Shown piece by piece: positions 1 through 13,419 of a stretch of 64,000 nt of DNA. The stretch comes from Octopus sinensis (Eukaryota). The notes below the pieces were generated by a model that saw nothing but the letters and a program-made list of their open reading frames with translations, was not told the origin of the DNA and made no database searches. The DNA lies in NCBI RefSeq assembly GCF_006345805.1, contig NC_043004.1:77314001-77378000 (forward strand). Direction: 5' to 3'. The stretch's first letter is position 1; every line of letters starts with the position of its first letter. Made by a program: the position numbers and the translations under genes.

Positions 1-1487
1 GGGAAAAACAGTTCGTTTTGCATTGTTTTTGACTTTTGTTTTTGGTGTTTTCTATTGCATTTTTTTACCTTTAAATCCGAGCTAATATACAGGAACAGTA
101 TAAACAATGCGTGGTCAATAATAAACACAAGAATTTAGGCTCTAATAAATATTCATCACTGTACTTATTCCCCTTGAGTGTATTAGACTGATGCAATGAT
201 GATCCCATCTTAGAAATCTTAATGAGGGGATATATTGTCAGAAAACTAATAAAAGCACCTCGTGTGCCACCATAACACTGATTAGAGTAAATTGATTGGA
301 AGGAGAGGAGAAATAATGTTCAGGAGAATTCAAAAAAATTATACGGTGCTCGTTTCGAATCATCTCTACTTCCAGATTCTCTGTACAGACCGAGAGTCGC
401 TATCATCAAAGTAGAACAGATCCTTTCATGCAGCCCATACTTGCTGTCCATCTGCAAATGTAACTGAATTTTGGTGACAGAAAATTTGACATCTGAGCAT
501 ACAGCATCTCATGAAATTTAGAATTTTTTTTTTTTTTTTTCAAATATTTAACTAAGTAACAAATGACACAAATTGAAGGTAACTTCACAGAGGCTCTCAA
601 ATGTCATAAACGTTACTCGTGCACGAGTATTTATCATGAAGAAGAAGTCAAGGATTCTCTTTAGATATTTGTAAAACTTGCATAGGATAAATGAAAATTT
701 ACCATTGAAAAGTAAATAAATAAATACCTTGTTTCTTCTATTGCTATGAATTCTATAGCTTAAATATTTAGAATTTTCCAAACTTGTCTGTTGTAGGACA
801 GTAATATCAAGTTTAGAGAAAATATTATTATTTAACTTAACTACTCGTTAGCGAAGCAGCTGGGAATAGGTGGGGATGCTGGTTCAAACTAAGAAAACTC
901 ATTTTATCCACCACCAAAGACGTTTTTCTGAGAGATTTGCTAATATTGATGAAATTCCTGTTTTGTATTCAAGAGGAATGGCAGATATATCAAGTTAAAA
1001 GGACAAGCAAGTGATAGTCGTGCATTGTCCTGGTGCATTCTTCATTAGTAATCATGAACTCGGGGCTTGGGAGACTATGGAACTTAGAGAAGGAATTGGG
1101 ACACGTAATAGAATAGCTGCCGGTTTAATTTGCTGAGAAAATGAAATGAGTGCAGAGATGAACCCCGAGGGATGGGGCGGGCGGGGGTGTTCTATTTACA
1201 TAGGGCGTTGTGTGTCTGTTAAGCCACACGCACCAACAATGCCCCAGACTAGCTCACAGTAAACAATTACATCAAGACATGCAGAGTTCTTCAATGATAA
1301 ATACACGCTAAGCCATCTAGCAACCACACAAGGCTGGCGAATCCAGTCGGTTGACGGGAAGTATGAATATGTGTGTGTGTATACTCAAACACGCCTGCAC
1401 ACATGCATTCATGTTGGCCCATGCATATGAATACATAATCATACACATGTATTATCAAATATACAATAATATTTACTGAAATTCAGT

Positions 1488-1716
1488 AGTAGTAGTAGTA
1501 GTAGTAGTAGCAGTAGCAGCAGTAGCAGCAGTAGCAGCAGTAGCAGCAGCAGCCGCAGTAGTAGTAGTTATGGTGATGGTGGTGGTGGTGGTGGTGGTGG
1601 TGGTGGCGGCGGCGGCGGCGGCGGCGGTGGTGATGGCGGTGGTGGTGGTGGTGCTGGTGCTGGTGCTGGTGGTGGTGGTGGTAGGAGGAGGGAGGGAGGG
1701 ATGAGAGGATGAGGGA
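1488..1716. repeat. Compound trinucleotide microsatellite (AGT/AGC/GGT/GGC)n followed by a GA-rich tract
   Basis: Read directly; explains the poly-T/A ORF 1473..1874. Confidence 0.95.
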
Positions 1717-1921
1717 GAGGAGTTATTCATAAAATGTTTACATCTAGCAATATATAAATTTTCGCAACGATACAAAAGCAAGCATACGAGAAGTTGCAAG
1801 AAGTTCTTACAAATTCTTTCTAAAGTTCCGTGTCTTGGAAACAACCAAACGATATTGCTGCTAGAGACGTTCAAGCTTTAAATCTTTCACATATAGACAC
1901 CGGAGCACTGCATACAATAAG

Positions 1922-1963
<42 letters not shown>

Positions 1964-1965
1964 TA

Positions 1966-1996
<31 letters not shown>

Positions 1997-2216
1997 GAGT
2001 GAGAGAGCAGTGCATGCCATCAAAGTGATACTGGGCTAAAATATACAAAGCCCAATATACCCATCATGACTACCCGTCTGATAAGGGTGCACCAGGCACA
2101 TGCATCACAACCATATGTGCACGACATGGTGATCTCATATCAAGATAAACAGCGCATGACCTTGCAGGTGGGGCCGAGTAAGAATTTTCTCCTGGTCGAG
2201 TAGCCCATCCCGCTCA
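1997..2216 (-). mobile_element. LINE 3'-UTR-derived repeat with (TAA)n tail, short copy
   Basis: Near-identical to 6331-6520; abuts an (ATT)n tract, which is a (TAA)n tail on the minus strand; clade not assignable. Confidence 0.65.
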
Positions 2217-2262
<46 letters not shown>

Positions 2263-2533
2263 GGGTGGCGAGCAAGCTGGCAGAATCGTTAGCACGCCGG
2301 GCGAAATGCTTAGCAGTATTTCGTCTGCCGTTACCGTCCTGAGTTCAAATTCCGCCGAGGTCGACTTTGCCTTTCATCCTTTCGAGGTCGATTAAATAAG
2401 TACCAGTTATGCACTGGCGTCGATATAATCGACTTAATCTGTTTGTCTGTCCTTGTTTGTCCTCTCTGTGTTTAGTCCCTTGTGGATAGTAAAGAAATAG
2501 GTATTTCGTCCGTCTTTGCGTTCTGAGTTCAAA

Positions 2534-2538
<5 letters not shown>
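2263..2538 (+). mobile_element. tRNA-derived SINE, family A (head GGCGAGCTGGCAGAATCGTTAGC)
   Basis: A-box-like TGGCAGAATCG and B-box-like GAGTTCAAATTCC; related copies elsewhere in the window. Confidence 0.9.
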
Positions 2539-2575
<37 letters not shown>

Positions 2576-2925
2576 GAAGTAAAAATGATTGATAAATCCA
2601 GTCAGCTATTTATAAAGCACTCAGTGTTAAAGGAATTTGGTTAACTCTATCAAACAATCAGATACTAATAAATTCAAGTGGAATTAACATTCAAGGTCAT
2701 TCGTCGTGTATGACAAGTAAATTCAAATATCGCTTAGAAGAATTTCAAGAAATTCCGTGTATTAGACAACAAATATAAGAATGGAGAAAATCACATCTTT
2801 TAAGTTATCATAACACCTTGCATTACCGACAATCGTTTCTGTTATATTTCTTCTCAACATTCTTTTTGTGTGCGTTCGTCTATTGGAGTCATTTTGTAAA
2901 TTCACTTCAAATTTAGCCCATTTCG

Positions 2926-3028
2926 CATTGCCTTGATAATGTTATGCTAGCATATCTTTTCAGATACATTAATTTGACTTCTTTCTGTATCTAAATATGC
3001 TGGCACAATGCAAACGATTGTCGGTAAT
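2926..3028 (+). ncRNA. Degenerate type I hammerhead motif (TTGATAA core) inside an inverted repeat
   Basis: CATTGCC-TTGATAA-stem II (TGCTAGCATAT/ATATGCTGGCA)-GCAAAC-GATT-GTC-GGTAAT; the inverted arm at about 2820-2840 keeps GAAAC-GATT-GTC. Confidence 0.55.
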
Positions 3029-3178
3029 ATATGATGTAATTATCAATTAAAGATGTGATTTTTTCTATTCTAATTCTTGTCATATATGTTATAAATATGT
3101 GTGTGTGTATATGTATGTATGTATGTATGTATGTCTGTATGTAGTATGTATGTATGTATTTCGTATGTATGTATGTTA

Positions 3179-3233
<55 letters not shown>

Positions 3234-3237
<4 letters not shown>

Positions 3238-3490
3238 AGGCGCGTGGCTTAGTGGTTAGGGTGTCAACATCATGATCGTGAGATTGGGTTTCGATTCCTA
3301 GATCGGGCGATGCGTTGTGTTCTTGAGCAAAACACTTCATTTCCCGTTACTCCAGTTCACTCAGCTGGCAAAAATGAGTAACGCTGCGATGGACTGGCGT
3401 CCCGTCCAGCTGGGAAACACATACACCATAGAAACCGAGAAACCGGGCCCATGAGCTTGGATAGGCTTTAAAAGGGCGCATTTATTATTT
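3234..3490 (+). mobile_element. tRNA-derived SINE, family D
   Basis: Head GGCGCGTGGCTTAGTGGTTAG...GGTTTCGATTCC; central GCGATGGACTGGCGTCCCGTCCAG motif reminiscent of V/Meta-type SINE domains. Confidence 0.8.
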
Positions 3491-3990
3491 GTTATATACA
3501 TATAAAATTTTGAAAATTGCGCGGTACACTCAATCAAGACGTAGTTTCTTTTTGTGTTAATCTTTCGCCTACCAATTTTCAAAATGTAATTTTAATTTAA
3601 AAATTTGTAATTTGAATGAGATTGGATATAGAGACAATTGTAGACAAGTGTAAATTGACAATATGTTAATAAATTGATGATTATCTGTTAAAACTCTCCA
3701 TTTTCTTCTTTATCAAATACTATATTAAATTATACCTATATATATATATATCGAAGTGAAACAAACATCTATAAAAAGTTCCTGAACTCCGTAATTGTTT
3801 AATATTGTGCCTATTAAATAATGAACACCAACATTACTACGTAAAGCAGGACTCCTGAGAATTTCATCGATATATACAATTAAATCGGAGATGTGAACAT
3901 CCCTTTTAAGAAGAATCTATATCCTCACAATAACATATATATATATATAATATATAATTATATATAATATATATATAGATATATATATAT

Positions 3991-4036
<46 letters not shown>

Positions 4037-4616
4037 CACTTATAGATATAAGTACAAGCCAGATAGGTTGATCTCATTGTCTGGTTATGATCCTCTCCAA
4101 AACGTGACGGACTTGTGCTTCATATTAGAAAAGATATTATAATGAAGAGATTTTGCGACCTAATCAAGTCGAAGACAACATACGTAAACTGCAGATGCGC
4201 TGGGATTCAGAATATTCCCAGTGGCTGATGTGGGATGTGAATTTCAATTGTTATCCAAGACAAGTAGTGCAACGCTTATTGCACCGAAGTATTAACGACT
4301 GAACATGAGATTAAACTGAAATTTTCACGCTCTCTCTCCCTTTTCTCCCTCTTTCTCCCTCTCTCTCCCCTTCTCTCTCTCTCTCTCACACACACACAAA
4401 TACGCACGCACATGCTTATTTATACACACAAACAAGCCTGCTTTTATATACAAGCATACATAATTGCATACATACATACGCACGCATGCATACATAAATA
4501 TATACATATATGTATGTATTGTGTGTATATATTTATACAATATTTTTTGTGCATTCGTGCACATGGACACAAATAGGTATATGTATATATACATACATGC
4601 ATCATACATGTATGTA

Positions 4617-4649
<33 letters not shown>

Positions 4650-5189
4650 GAGTATATATATGTGTGTATATACATATATCTATAAATATATATATATATA
4701 ATATATTATATATATATATATATATATATTATATATTATATAATTATATATATACGCATATATATATACATGTATATATGTGTATATATATTTATACACA
4801 CACGCACTTATATTTTTCTCTACGGTTCTTTGAAACACATTCAATCGCAGTTGATGTAGTACTCAATACAAAATACGAGTGTAGATTTTTATATATTTTT
4901 ATAGAATAGTTCACACTACACTAGTTTCATTCTCTGTCTGATCGTTATCGGGTGCAGATTTAAATATTTAATTAAATATTTATTGACGGTCCAGTGACCA
5001 TTAATTCTTATAGTGCGACCCCAAACAAGTATTAAATTAGTTATAAAACCAGCATTGAGTTAATTGATGAAGTAATTAACAAAAACATTCTGAAAAATGG
5101 GGAAGGTTCTGCTGAACTCCCGAAAACACATCGAACAGGATGCTAATTCAAACCGATACCGATTTAAAATAGACATTCCCCCAGGACAT

Positions 5190-6236
5190 TGGAGGGCTTA
5201 GTAAGTACTCCCAAAAAAGCTTCCAAAGCAAGCCTTTACCAACCCACCCTCCTTCAGTCAAAAAGAAGGTAAATAACAAATACGAAGGTAAATAGCTTTA
5301 TTTTTGTTCTAACCTAAATGGCTACACTTAGAGTAGGCTGTGTAAATGTCCGGGACTTGGGTTAGTTTTGGAAGCAGGGTTACTTGGTCAATGATCTCAA
5401 GTCGCTTGATTTAGATGTGGCCGAGAATTTCCGGGAAGCATGCTCCAGCACCCATTTTCGAAGGCTACAAGATAATTTTATCTTGTGGCTTAACAGTGCT
5501 ACCAGGATGGCGCTACCGGTTCGAGATAAACTCTATAAGCATGGATGGTCTGTCAGACGGGCTTGTCCAAGATACGTGCAAAGTGACAAAATTGTTCTGT
5601 ACGCACTCGTTTAGTGTCTGGACATTGCTGACTTGTAGAGTTATGTCGAACAGCTGCTGTTGTGTATGAGACGGGTCCGTCTATTGGCCGACAGCATAGA
5701 GGTGACTGCCCCGCTGCCCCGCTGCCCCGCTGTCTTCGAGCAGGTAAATCAGTTTTTATTTGTTTGGTGGCTGTGGCGAAAAAGGTTGTCCTGTAGACGA
5801 GGTTGAAAGGCATTGAGGAGAGAGACATTCCTCTTTGGTAGAGCCCTCATAAACTTTTTGAAGTTTCACTTGAAAAGGAAAGTGAAGGTGAAGGAAATGC
5901 TGTCCACGTGTGAATTTATTGATATATAAATGAAAGTTGTGAAAATGGCAAGAGTGAATGGTACCGCTCTAAGTGTAGTCTTGTGCGTCGGGAAAAAAAT
6001 AATTGAAGAGGGCACTTGCCCTTGGTGTGCAATGAGATCTTGGACGGTGAGGTTCCTCGATTATTCCTATATGTGCTGTTGTATCAGGAGAACCACACCA
6101 CTAACATGTTTCCTTCTTTCTTTTTACTGTTTATACTATGTATACTTCCTTTCCTTGTTTTATTGTATACTTGTATACTGTACATAATTTCTATAAGTAT
6201 ATAGTATTTTATCATTTCATTACATGTAAACCCCCA

Positions 6237-6238
<2 letters not shown>
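5190..6238 (+). mobile_element. Tx1-like LINE, internally deleted relic (ORF1 end, APE N-terminus, C-terminal Zn region, 3'UTR)
   Basis: ATG 5318 gives MATLRVGCVNVRDLG*FWKQGYLVNDLKSLDLDVA (APE start); then ALPVRDKLYKHGWSVRRACPRYVQSDKIVLYALV (zf-RVT-like); followed by (ATT)n. Confidence 0.8.
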
Positions 6239-6305
<67 letters not shown>

Positions 6306-6330
6306 TACTACTACTATTATTATTATTATT

Positions 6331-6853
6331 GAGTGAGAGAGTAGCGCGTGCCATCAAAGTAACCAATATACCCATCATGACTACCCGTCTGATAAGAGTA
6401 CACCAGGAACATGCATCACAACCATATGTACGTGACATGGTGATCTCTTATCAAGTTAAACAGCGCATGAGCTTGCAGGTGGGGCCCAGTTAGAATTTTC
6501 TTCAGGTTGAGTAGCCCATCGTGCTCAAAAGGTCCCTGAATAAGGTTCGTTTGAGGATGATGAACAAAACACCCATGTTTCTAGATGTGAATTATTTAAA
6601 CCCCATAGAATGTCTCACGTCATATGGCCGTGATACCTCCCCACTACTTCTGCTAGGGATCAGAGATGCACATATCGTCAGCCACCAAGGGACATGGCCA
6701 ACTGGTTACGGTCAAACGACTGACAAGCAAATCTGTGGTATTGAGCAGAATATTTGCTGCAGCCCAGCTTTTTATACCAAGACAAAACAATGTGCATGAT
6801 AACACTTCCAATCAGTTAAGATCAGAAGCCATGAGAGACACTGTCTGGTACTG
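6331..6853 (-). mobile_element. LINE 3'-UTR-derived repeat, longer copy
   Basis: Shares about 200 bp with 1997-2216; (TAA)n tail. Confidence 0.65.
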
Positions 6854-6889
6854 CATTATTATTATTATCATCATCATCATCATCATCAT

Positions 6890-6921
<32 letters not shown>

Positions 6922-6989
6922 TCATCCGAGTATTTAGTACATTTCAGTCCGGAGTGTGGAGAGGGTTCATTTGTCCTGTAGGGGACAAT

Positions 6990-7720
6990 GGCCTTTTTGA
7001 TGGCTACTAAACCCGATTGTTACTCTGGATTATAGGTGTTGGTTGGTGTTGAGTTTCTCTTTCTTACATTGTCGTTTCATTCTGATGTCCGTTCTTCCAG
7101 TTTTCTTCAAGATGGGACATTCCTTCTTCGGCCAAATTACGCCAAACAATGTGTCGGTTGGCTGTCATTTCTCGGCACTGTTCAGAGTTTCCTTCAATTA
7201 GTCTTTGCAGCATCGCAGGGGGCATTCACAAGGGAGTCTCCCATTGTTCAGTTATCCGAATAGGAAAATCCATGGGAATCTGTTGCCCGCCACCCATGCG
7301 AGCCTTGTGGCCTGTCCATATGAGGAAGTGCTTGGTGATTGTTGCCATCATTCTAATTTGTCCCGCTCTCTTTTGTATGTCAACATACTACTTGAACATA
7401 GTTTCCCCATTCGACCTACAATGATTCGACCTACAATGTACAACGATTTTGGTTTTGCCATTGTTAACTGGTAGACCAAACTGGGAATATGCCGTGCAGA
7501 AATTGTTGACAGATTGTTGTAAACCACCAGGTGAGTGAACAGGGGCAGTGTTGTCATCTGCATACTGCATTACATTTACTTTGATAGAGCTGGTGTGATG
7601 CTGAGAGCAGAGTCTTGATAGATTAAAAAGTCCCCCATCAAAACGCTACTTGATTTCTATGCCTGGTTTGTTCTGGGGAAATTTCATGGAGCATGGCAGC
7701 AAGATAAAAGTGAGAAGAAC
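6990..7720 (-). mobile_element. RTE-BovB-like LINE relic (RT domains 5-7 and C-terminus)
   Basis: Minus-strand peptides GIEIKYRFDGGLFNLSRL, QYADDNTAPVHSPGGLQQSVNNFCTAYSQFGLPVNNGKTK and WTGHKARMG; stops and frameshifts present. Confidence 0.8.
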
Positions 7721-8331
7721 GTGGCTATGAGGACAGGGCTTTCTCGTTGCCAAACCCCATTTTTCTCCAAGCAAGATAATAGTCCCCATGATCACACAGA
7801 TTGGAAACGAAGAACATGGAACCGCGTGGTTGGGAAGCAAACTTCTTACCACACAGCCACAACTATGTTTTATATTTTTAATAGTTTATTGTGTGCTGGT
7901 TTATGATAACCGGAGATATAGTTAGGAACTGAATCAACAATGAATGTAAATTTTGTTTTACTACAGAAAAGTATTGTTGCCGAGTTACTTTGATTTGAAC
8001 CTTAACGATTCGATGACCAATGCTATTGCACTGAGCTGAATACATTTCAGATAACGGGTTTAATCAGAGAAAAGGAAAGACTGAGAGACAAAGTTGCTGT
8101 TTTTTGTTTTAATATGTCTACAAATAGTTTATAAATGCGAACATTATCACATCACATATCTGTGGCTTATATGACTAAAGCCATTCACGAACGATGCGCT
8201 GCCATTTTTACTAACATAATACATTCTAATCTTTTAGATGTATTTTAGATTAGACGAGCAAAAACCTACAGCACATATACATATATACATACATTCGAAC
8301 ATACATACACAGTTACATGTGTATGTGTGTG

Positions 8332-8371
<40 letters not shown>

Positions 8372-9358
8372 CGCGCACGTAGGTATGTCAGCACACACGA
8401 ATATATATATGCATGCATACATATATATGTATATATATGCATATATATATGTTTGTATATATATAGGTGTGTGTGGTGTGTGTGTGTGTGTGTGTGTGTG
8501 CGTGTGTGTGTATACGTATATGTATATTTATATATATACGCATATGTACATAATGTGATGTTATATATATATATTATATTTATATAATATATATATATAT
8601 ATTGGGAGGGGGGATGATGGGATGGGGGAGGGGGAAGGGTTGAAGAGGAGGAGGAAGAGAGGAGGAGAAGGGGAGGGGGGGGGGGGGAGGAGGGGAGGAG
8701 GGAGGGGAAGAGGAGGAAGGGGAAGTGGAATTAGCGGGCGCTTATGCAATCATAAATCTAAACGCAGTTGATAGCTAAATACTATAGATAATTCTTGTTG
8801 CAACTGGGTTGCAAAAAGAGAAGGAAAAAAACAAACACTAAAATAGTACGAAGAGTTTAATTAAGTTCAATGTTGGTGATGAATGTGCAAGTAATGTCAT
8901 ATTATAGTTTATTCCCTGTTTTGCATTGGACTTAATTAGCAGCGCTCGGTGAGGCTACGAGGCTTGCTTTTCGGTAGTGTGATGCAACTATTTTGTAAAC
9001 CTCTTGTGACCAGCAGCTCTATGGTAATTGATCTTATTGAATCAAAGCCTACTGACAGCTCTCATTAAGTCCTCGAACTTAATGTTAATTAAAGTGGGCT
9101 ATTTTGAGTCTCCAAAGTACTATTATTATTCAGTGATGACTTATCTATCTGTATGATGTTTATGGGAATGCATATGAAAGCACAGGCATGGCTACGAGTG
9201 TATGTTTGTGTACATACTTGTATGTGTGCGTGTGAGTGTGAGTGTGTGATCCAGAGATATACAGAAACATACACATATATATCATATAGAACATATATAT
9301 ATATATATATAATAATATATATATATATATCTATATAATTATATATATACATATGTAT

Positions 9359-9401
<43 letters not shown>

Positions 9402-9525
9402 CCGAAATTACTACGATGATCCGGTTCTTGACTGAAGACTGAGGGGTTCGAATGTCCTGTCCATGTTTATTGTTGTATCTTCTAAGAGTTATACGTTCTT
9501 GTCCATGTTGTATTTTCTACATACC

Positions 9526-9583
<58 letters not shown>

Positions 9584-9603
9584 ATATATATATAATATAT
9601 AAT

Positions 9604-9650
<47 letters not shown>

Positions 9651-10008
9651 ACATACGATTTAAAGTCAGAAACAGCATTCAAACACAGCTAAGTCTCTCA
9701 CCTTCAAAATCAAGCAGTCCAGAATCGAGCATGAGGAAGATTGCAGATTTTGCAATAAGGTGGTTTCATGTATACATACATACATACATACATACATATT
9801 ATGCACACGGTTCTTAACATTAAGACAATTATTGATATATCTGCCCAGCAATAAGACGTGTCTAAATTGGTCTGATAGTTGTCGCCTTTATAGATATTTA
9901 TGACTAGAAATCTATAATCTATATCTGACAGCCAACTGACTGCCATTGTCTTTAGGATAAGAGAATTTGTCAGTGACGACCATACTCCTCTATGAGTCGG
10001 CAGCACCC

Positions 10009-10082
10009 ATGTATGTATGTATGTATGTATGTATGTATGTATGTATGTATGTATGTATGTATGTATGTATGTATGTATGTAT
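10009..10082. repeat. (ATGT)n tetranucleotide microsatellite
   Basis: Read directly. Confidence 0.95.
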
Positions 10083-10252
10083 GCAAGAATCCAAGAAAGG
10101 ATGCGAAACTATTCCCTCAATTTCAAGACAATAAACCTTAACTACATTGGAAGGTAGAGTGCCTAAATTAAACAGAAAAATAATAAAATTGGCGTGAAAC
10201 AACTAGCTGAACCTGACTATACTGCTTTAAAAGATATGGGATATATATATAT

Positions 10253-10327
<75 letters not shown>

Positions 10328-11028
10328 TACATATACTTATGCATATAAACATACGTATTTATACGTGTGTGTATATATATATATGCATACATGTATAAAT
10401 GCGCGCGCACAAAGCACATACATGAATTTGGATGGTCATACAAAATTCCTTGTTATTTTTAATTCCGGCTCTTTACGTTCATAGTTCAAATCCCGACGTC
10501 AAACTTGAATCGATTCAATAAAGTACTAAACATGTATGGACCACAATTTACTCTCCCACGGCCTTTCAAATCTTGGATGTTCGGCTGGGTTAAGATTTTG
10601 AGGCTCGAGAGTTGTCTGTCTTCGTTCCCAACTACGCTGCACCTAAAAAAAAAGTAATGCAAGAAAAGCACAGTCCATTTTAAGGCAAAATCATAGGAGA
10701 TTGCAAATGGCGGCCATGTTATTAACACACGCGCGGGCGTGCACACACGCACTCTAACACACGCGCGCATGTGCACGTGCTGCAAGTTGTGCATTTTTGC
10801 ATATAGTGGCAAAAATATTAAATGTCGCTTCCGTTATATATTGAAAATTACACGCCTCAAAGGAAAGTTGCTTATATATGTACATACATACATACATACA
10901 TACATACATGCATATGCACGTACGTGCATACAGGCATACAGACATATACATATATACGTATGTACCTGTTTGTGTGTGCGCGTGTGTATGTGTGCGTGTG
11001 TGTGTGTTTGCCTGTACGTGTATATACC

Positions 11029-11061
<33 letters not shown>

Positions 11062-11255
11062 GTATGAAGCACGATAGTGGTTCACCATTAGATTTGAACC
11101 TAGACAGATCATATTCCACATCTTGTCAGAATCGAATTAGCCTTTGATTCTCATGAGACCGAAAAGTCACAAGACATTAAGAGATAAGAGTGACACCTCG
11201 CTTGCACAGGATTCACACCTTTCCACGGAACTCAACCAAGGAACAGCTGATGGTT

Positions 11256-11291
<36 letters not shown>

Positions 11292-11344
11292 CTCTTTCTT
11301 TCTTTCTCTCTCTCTTGCGTGGAAATATATAGAAACTCATAAGG

Positions 11345-11570
11345 CTGCGAGCTGGCAGAATCGTTGGCCGGTAAAACGCTTGGAGGAGTTTTTTCCGTTT
11401 TTACGTTTTCAGTTCAAATGCAGCTGAAGTCTTCTTTGCCTTTCGCCCTTTCGGGTTCGATAAAATTAGTACCAGTTATGCACTGGGGTAGACTTTCATC
11501 CACACACACAACACACACATCCACAATAACAAGCCTTGTGCCAAAATCTGAAACCAATATATAGAAAATT
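11345..11570 (+). mobile_element. SINE family A, diverged
   Basis: GCGAGCTGGCAGAATCGTT head; TTTGCCTTTC...GTACCAGTTATGCACTGGGG body. Confidence 0.8.
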
Positions 11571-11936
11571 ATAGAAACAGTATCGCAGTGCAATAAAGAT
11601 GCCTGGTACTCTCTTTATAGAAACGAGCAGAACATAGTATATTAATAATATATGTGTTGGTTTGACACTCAGTTTAACCTGTACTTCTAATGATAATTGC
11701 TATTATAATATATGAATAATAATTGGTACATTCAAACCCATGCAATGTACTGCATTGTACTACAGTACAATAGACTATACTATACATTCTCTACATTCCT
11801 CTAAATACCGAGTTAAACTACACTACAGTGCACCTCTCTGCAATCCATTGGACTTTCCTGTGCACCACTATGCACGACTCTACACAACCCCACCTATTGT
11901 ATATAATCTGCTAAAAATATGATAGATGCAAAGATA

Positions 11937-12069
<133 letters not shown>

Positions 12070-12647
12070 CAAGCAAACAGACACAAGCATTAACACAAGA
12101 AATACTGGTGGAACATTCCCATCAAAACTTCTGTCAAGTGTAAACATAACAGGCAGGACATTATTATTTGGGACAGATAAGAGAAAGTATGTACCGTCAT
12201 AGCAGTTAGTTGTACTGCTGAAGGGAATATCTCTGAGAAGTAAAGATAATGAGAATAGCTATGGATAACTGCTTCGAAACCTATAACCAGATTATAAATT
12301 CGCATTTATAGTAATAATAGTTGGTGCACTTGATTTTGTTATTAAATGCCAAAGCGACAGTCTGGATAAGCTAGTGGTTTCGGAAAAAAAAATCAAGCAA
12401 TTAACTCGCACTTTAGAAAAACAATGTGTAAGCGGAACAGTTAAAATGTACAAGATTTTTCTTAAGTTTAAAATATGACATTGTTTTTGTTATCTATATT
12501 CAAAAGATGGAATTTTGATTCTTTGTTAGAAACCAACTCCGTCATAGGAAGAATTTAAATAATTAAAAACAGGATAAAACATGCATACATATGGTACTTA
12601 AAATTTGCAAGATGTCTCTTCAAGAGATTAGCACAGCCATTTTTCAC

Positions 12648-12703
<56 letters not shown>

Positions 12704-12706
12704 ATA

Positions 12707-12982
12707 AAAATAGGCAACAGGATATCAAGTAGTGATGCAGTACGACCGTTTCAAGCGAGTCTATTTAATTGAACAATGCAATCTTTACATCAATTTAAAT
12801 CAGCTGCACAAATATATAAATAGAATTTTAATATGTCCTACTGGTTAAAATTCTATTTATTTGATTGTGCATCTGAAGATGGCACTGCATTTAAATTGAT
12901 ATAATGATTGCATTGTTCAATTAAATGGATTCGCTTGCAATGGTCGTACTGCATCACCATTTGATATCCTGATGCTTATTTT
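12707..12982. mobile_element. Foldback element (arms about 125 bp) whose arms each carry a partly damaged hammerhead
   Basis: 12707-12830 is the reverse complement of 12845-12982 at roughly 80-85% identity with one indel; arm consensus TGCAG-CTGAAGA...GAAAC-GGTC-GTA-CTGCA. Confidence 0.75.
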
Positions 12983-13209
12983 GATTTTATTCACCTTACT
13001 TCGAGCTGTGCGGATATTTTGATTTTATTCACCTTACTATATATATATACAGAGAGAGAGAGAGCAAATAAGTAACAAGGATGACCAGGTTACTTATCTG
13101 TTTTTTATTCACTTAACTTCGAGCTACGGGGACTATACCGAACTGCTTGGTACCTAATTCAACTAAATCTTTATTATTATTATTATTACTATTATTATTA
13201 TTATTATTA

Positions 13210-13271
<62 letters not shown>

Positions 13272-13309
13272 GTTGTTGTTGTTGTTGTTGTTGTTGCTGT
13301 TGTTGTTGT

Positions 13310-13343
<34 letters not shown>

Positions 13344-13419
13344 AACTTTCAAAACAGGAAAATCTAATCCCTGTTTTTACATCATTTATAGATATAGATG
13401 AAATTATAATTACCCAGAT

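Noticed and set aside
300-1150. Complex sequence with short protein-like frames (e.g. TQIEGNFTEALKCHKR)
   Set aside because: No recognisable domain and no consistent splice structure
9410-9465. CTGAAGA...CGAA motif, also at about 27315-27365 on the minus strand, as a hammerhead
   Set aside because: No complementary stem I and no GAAA; these are two copies of an unclassified dispersed repeat
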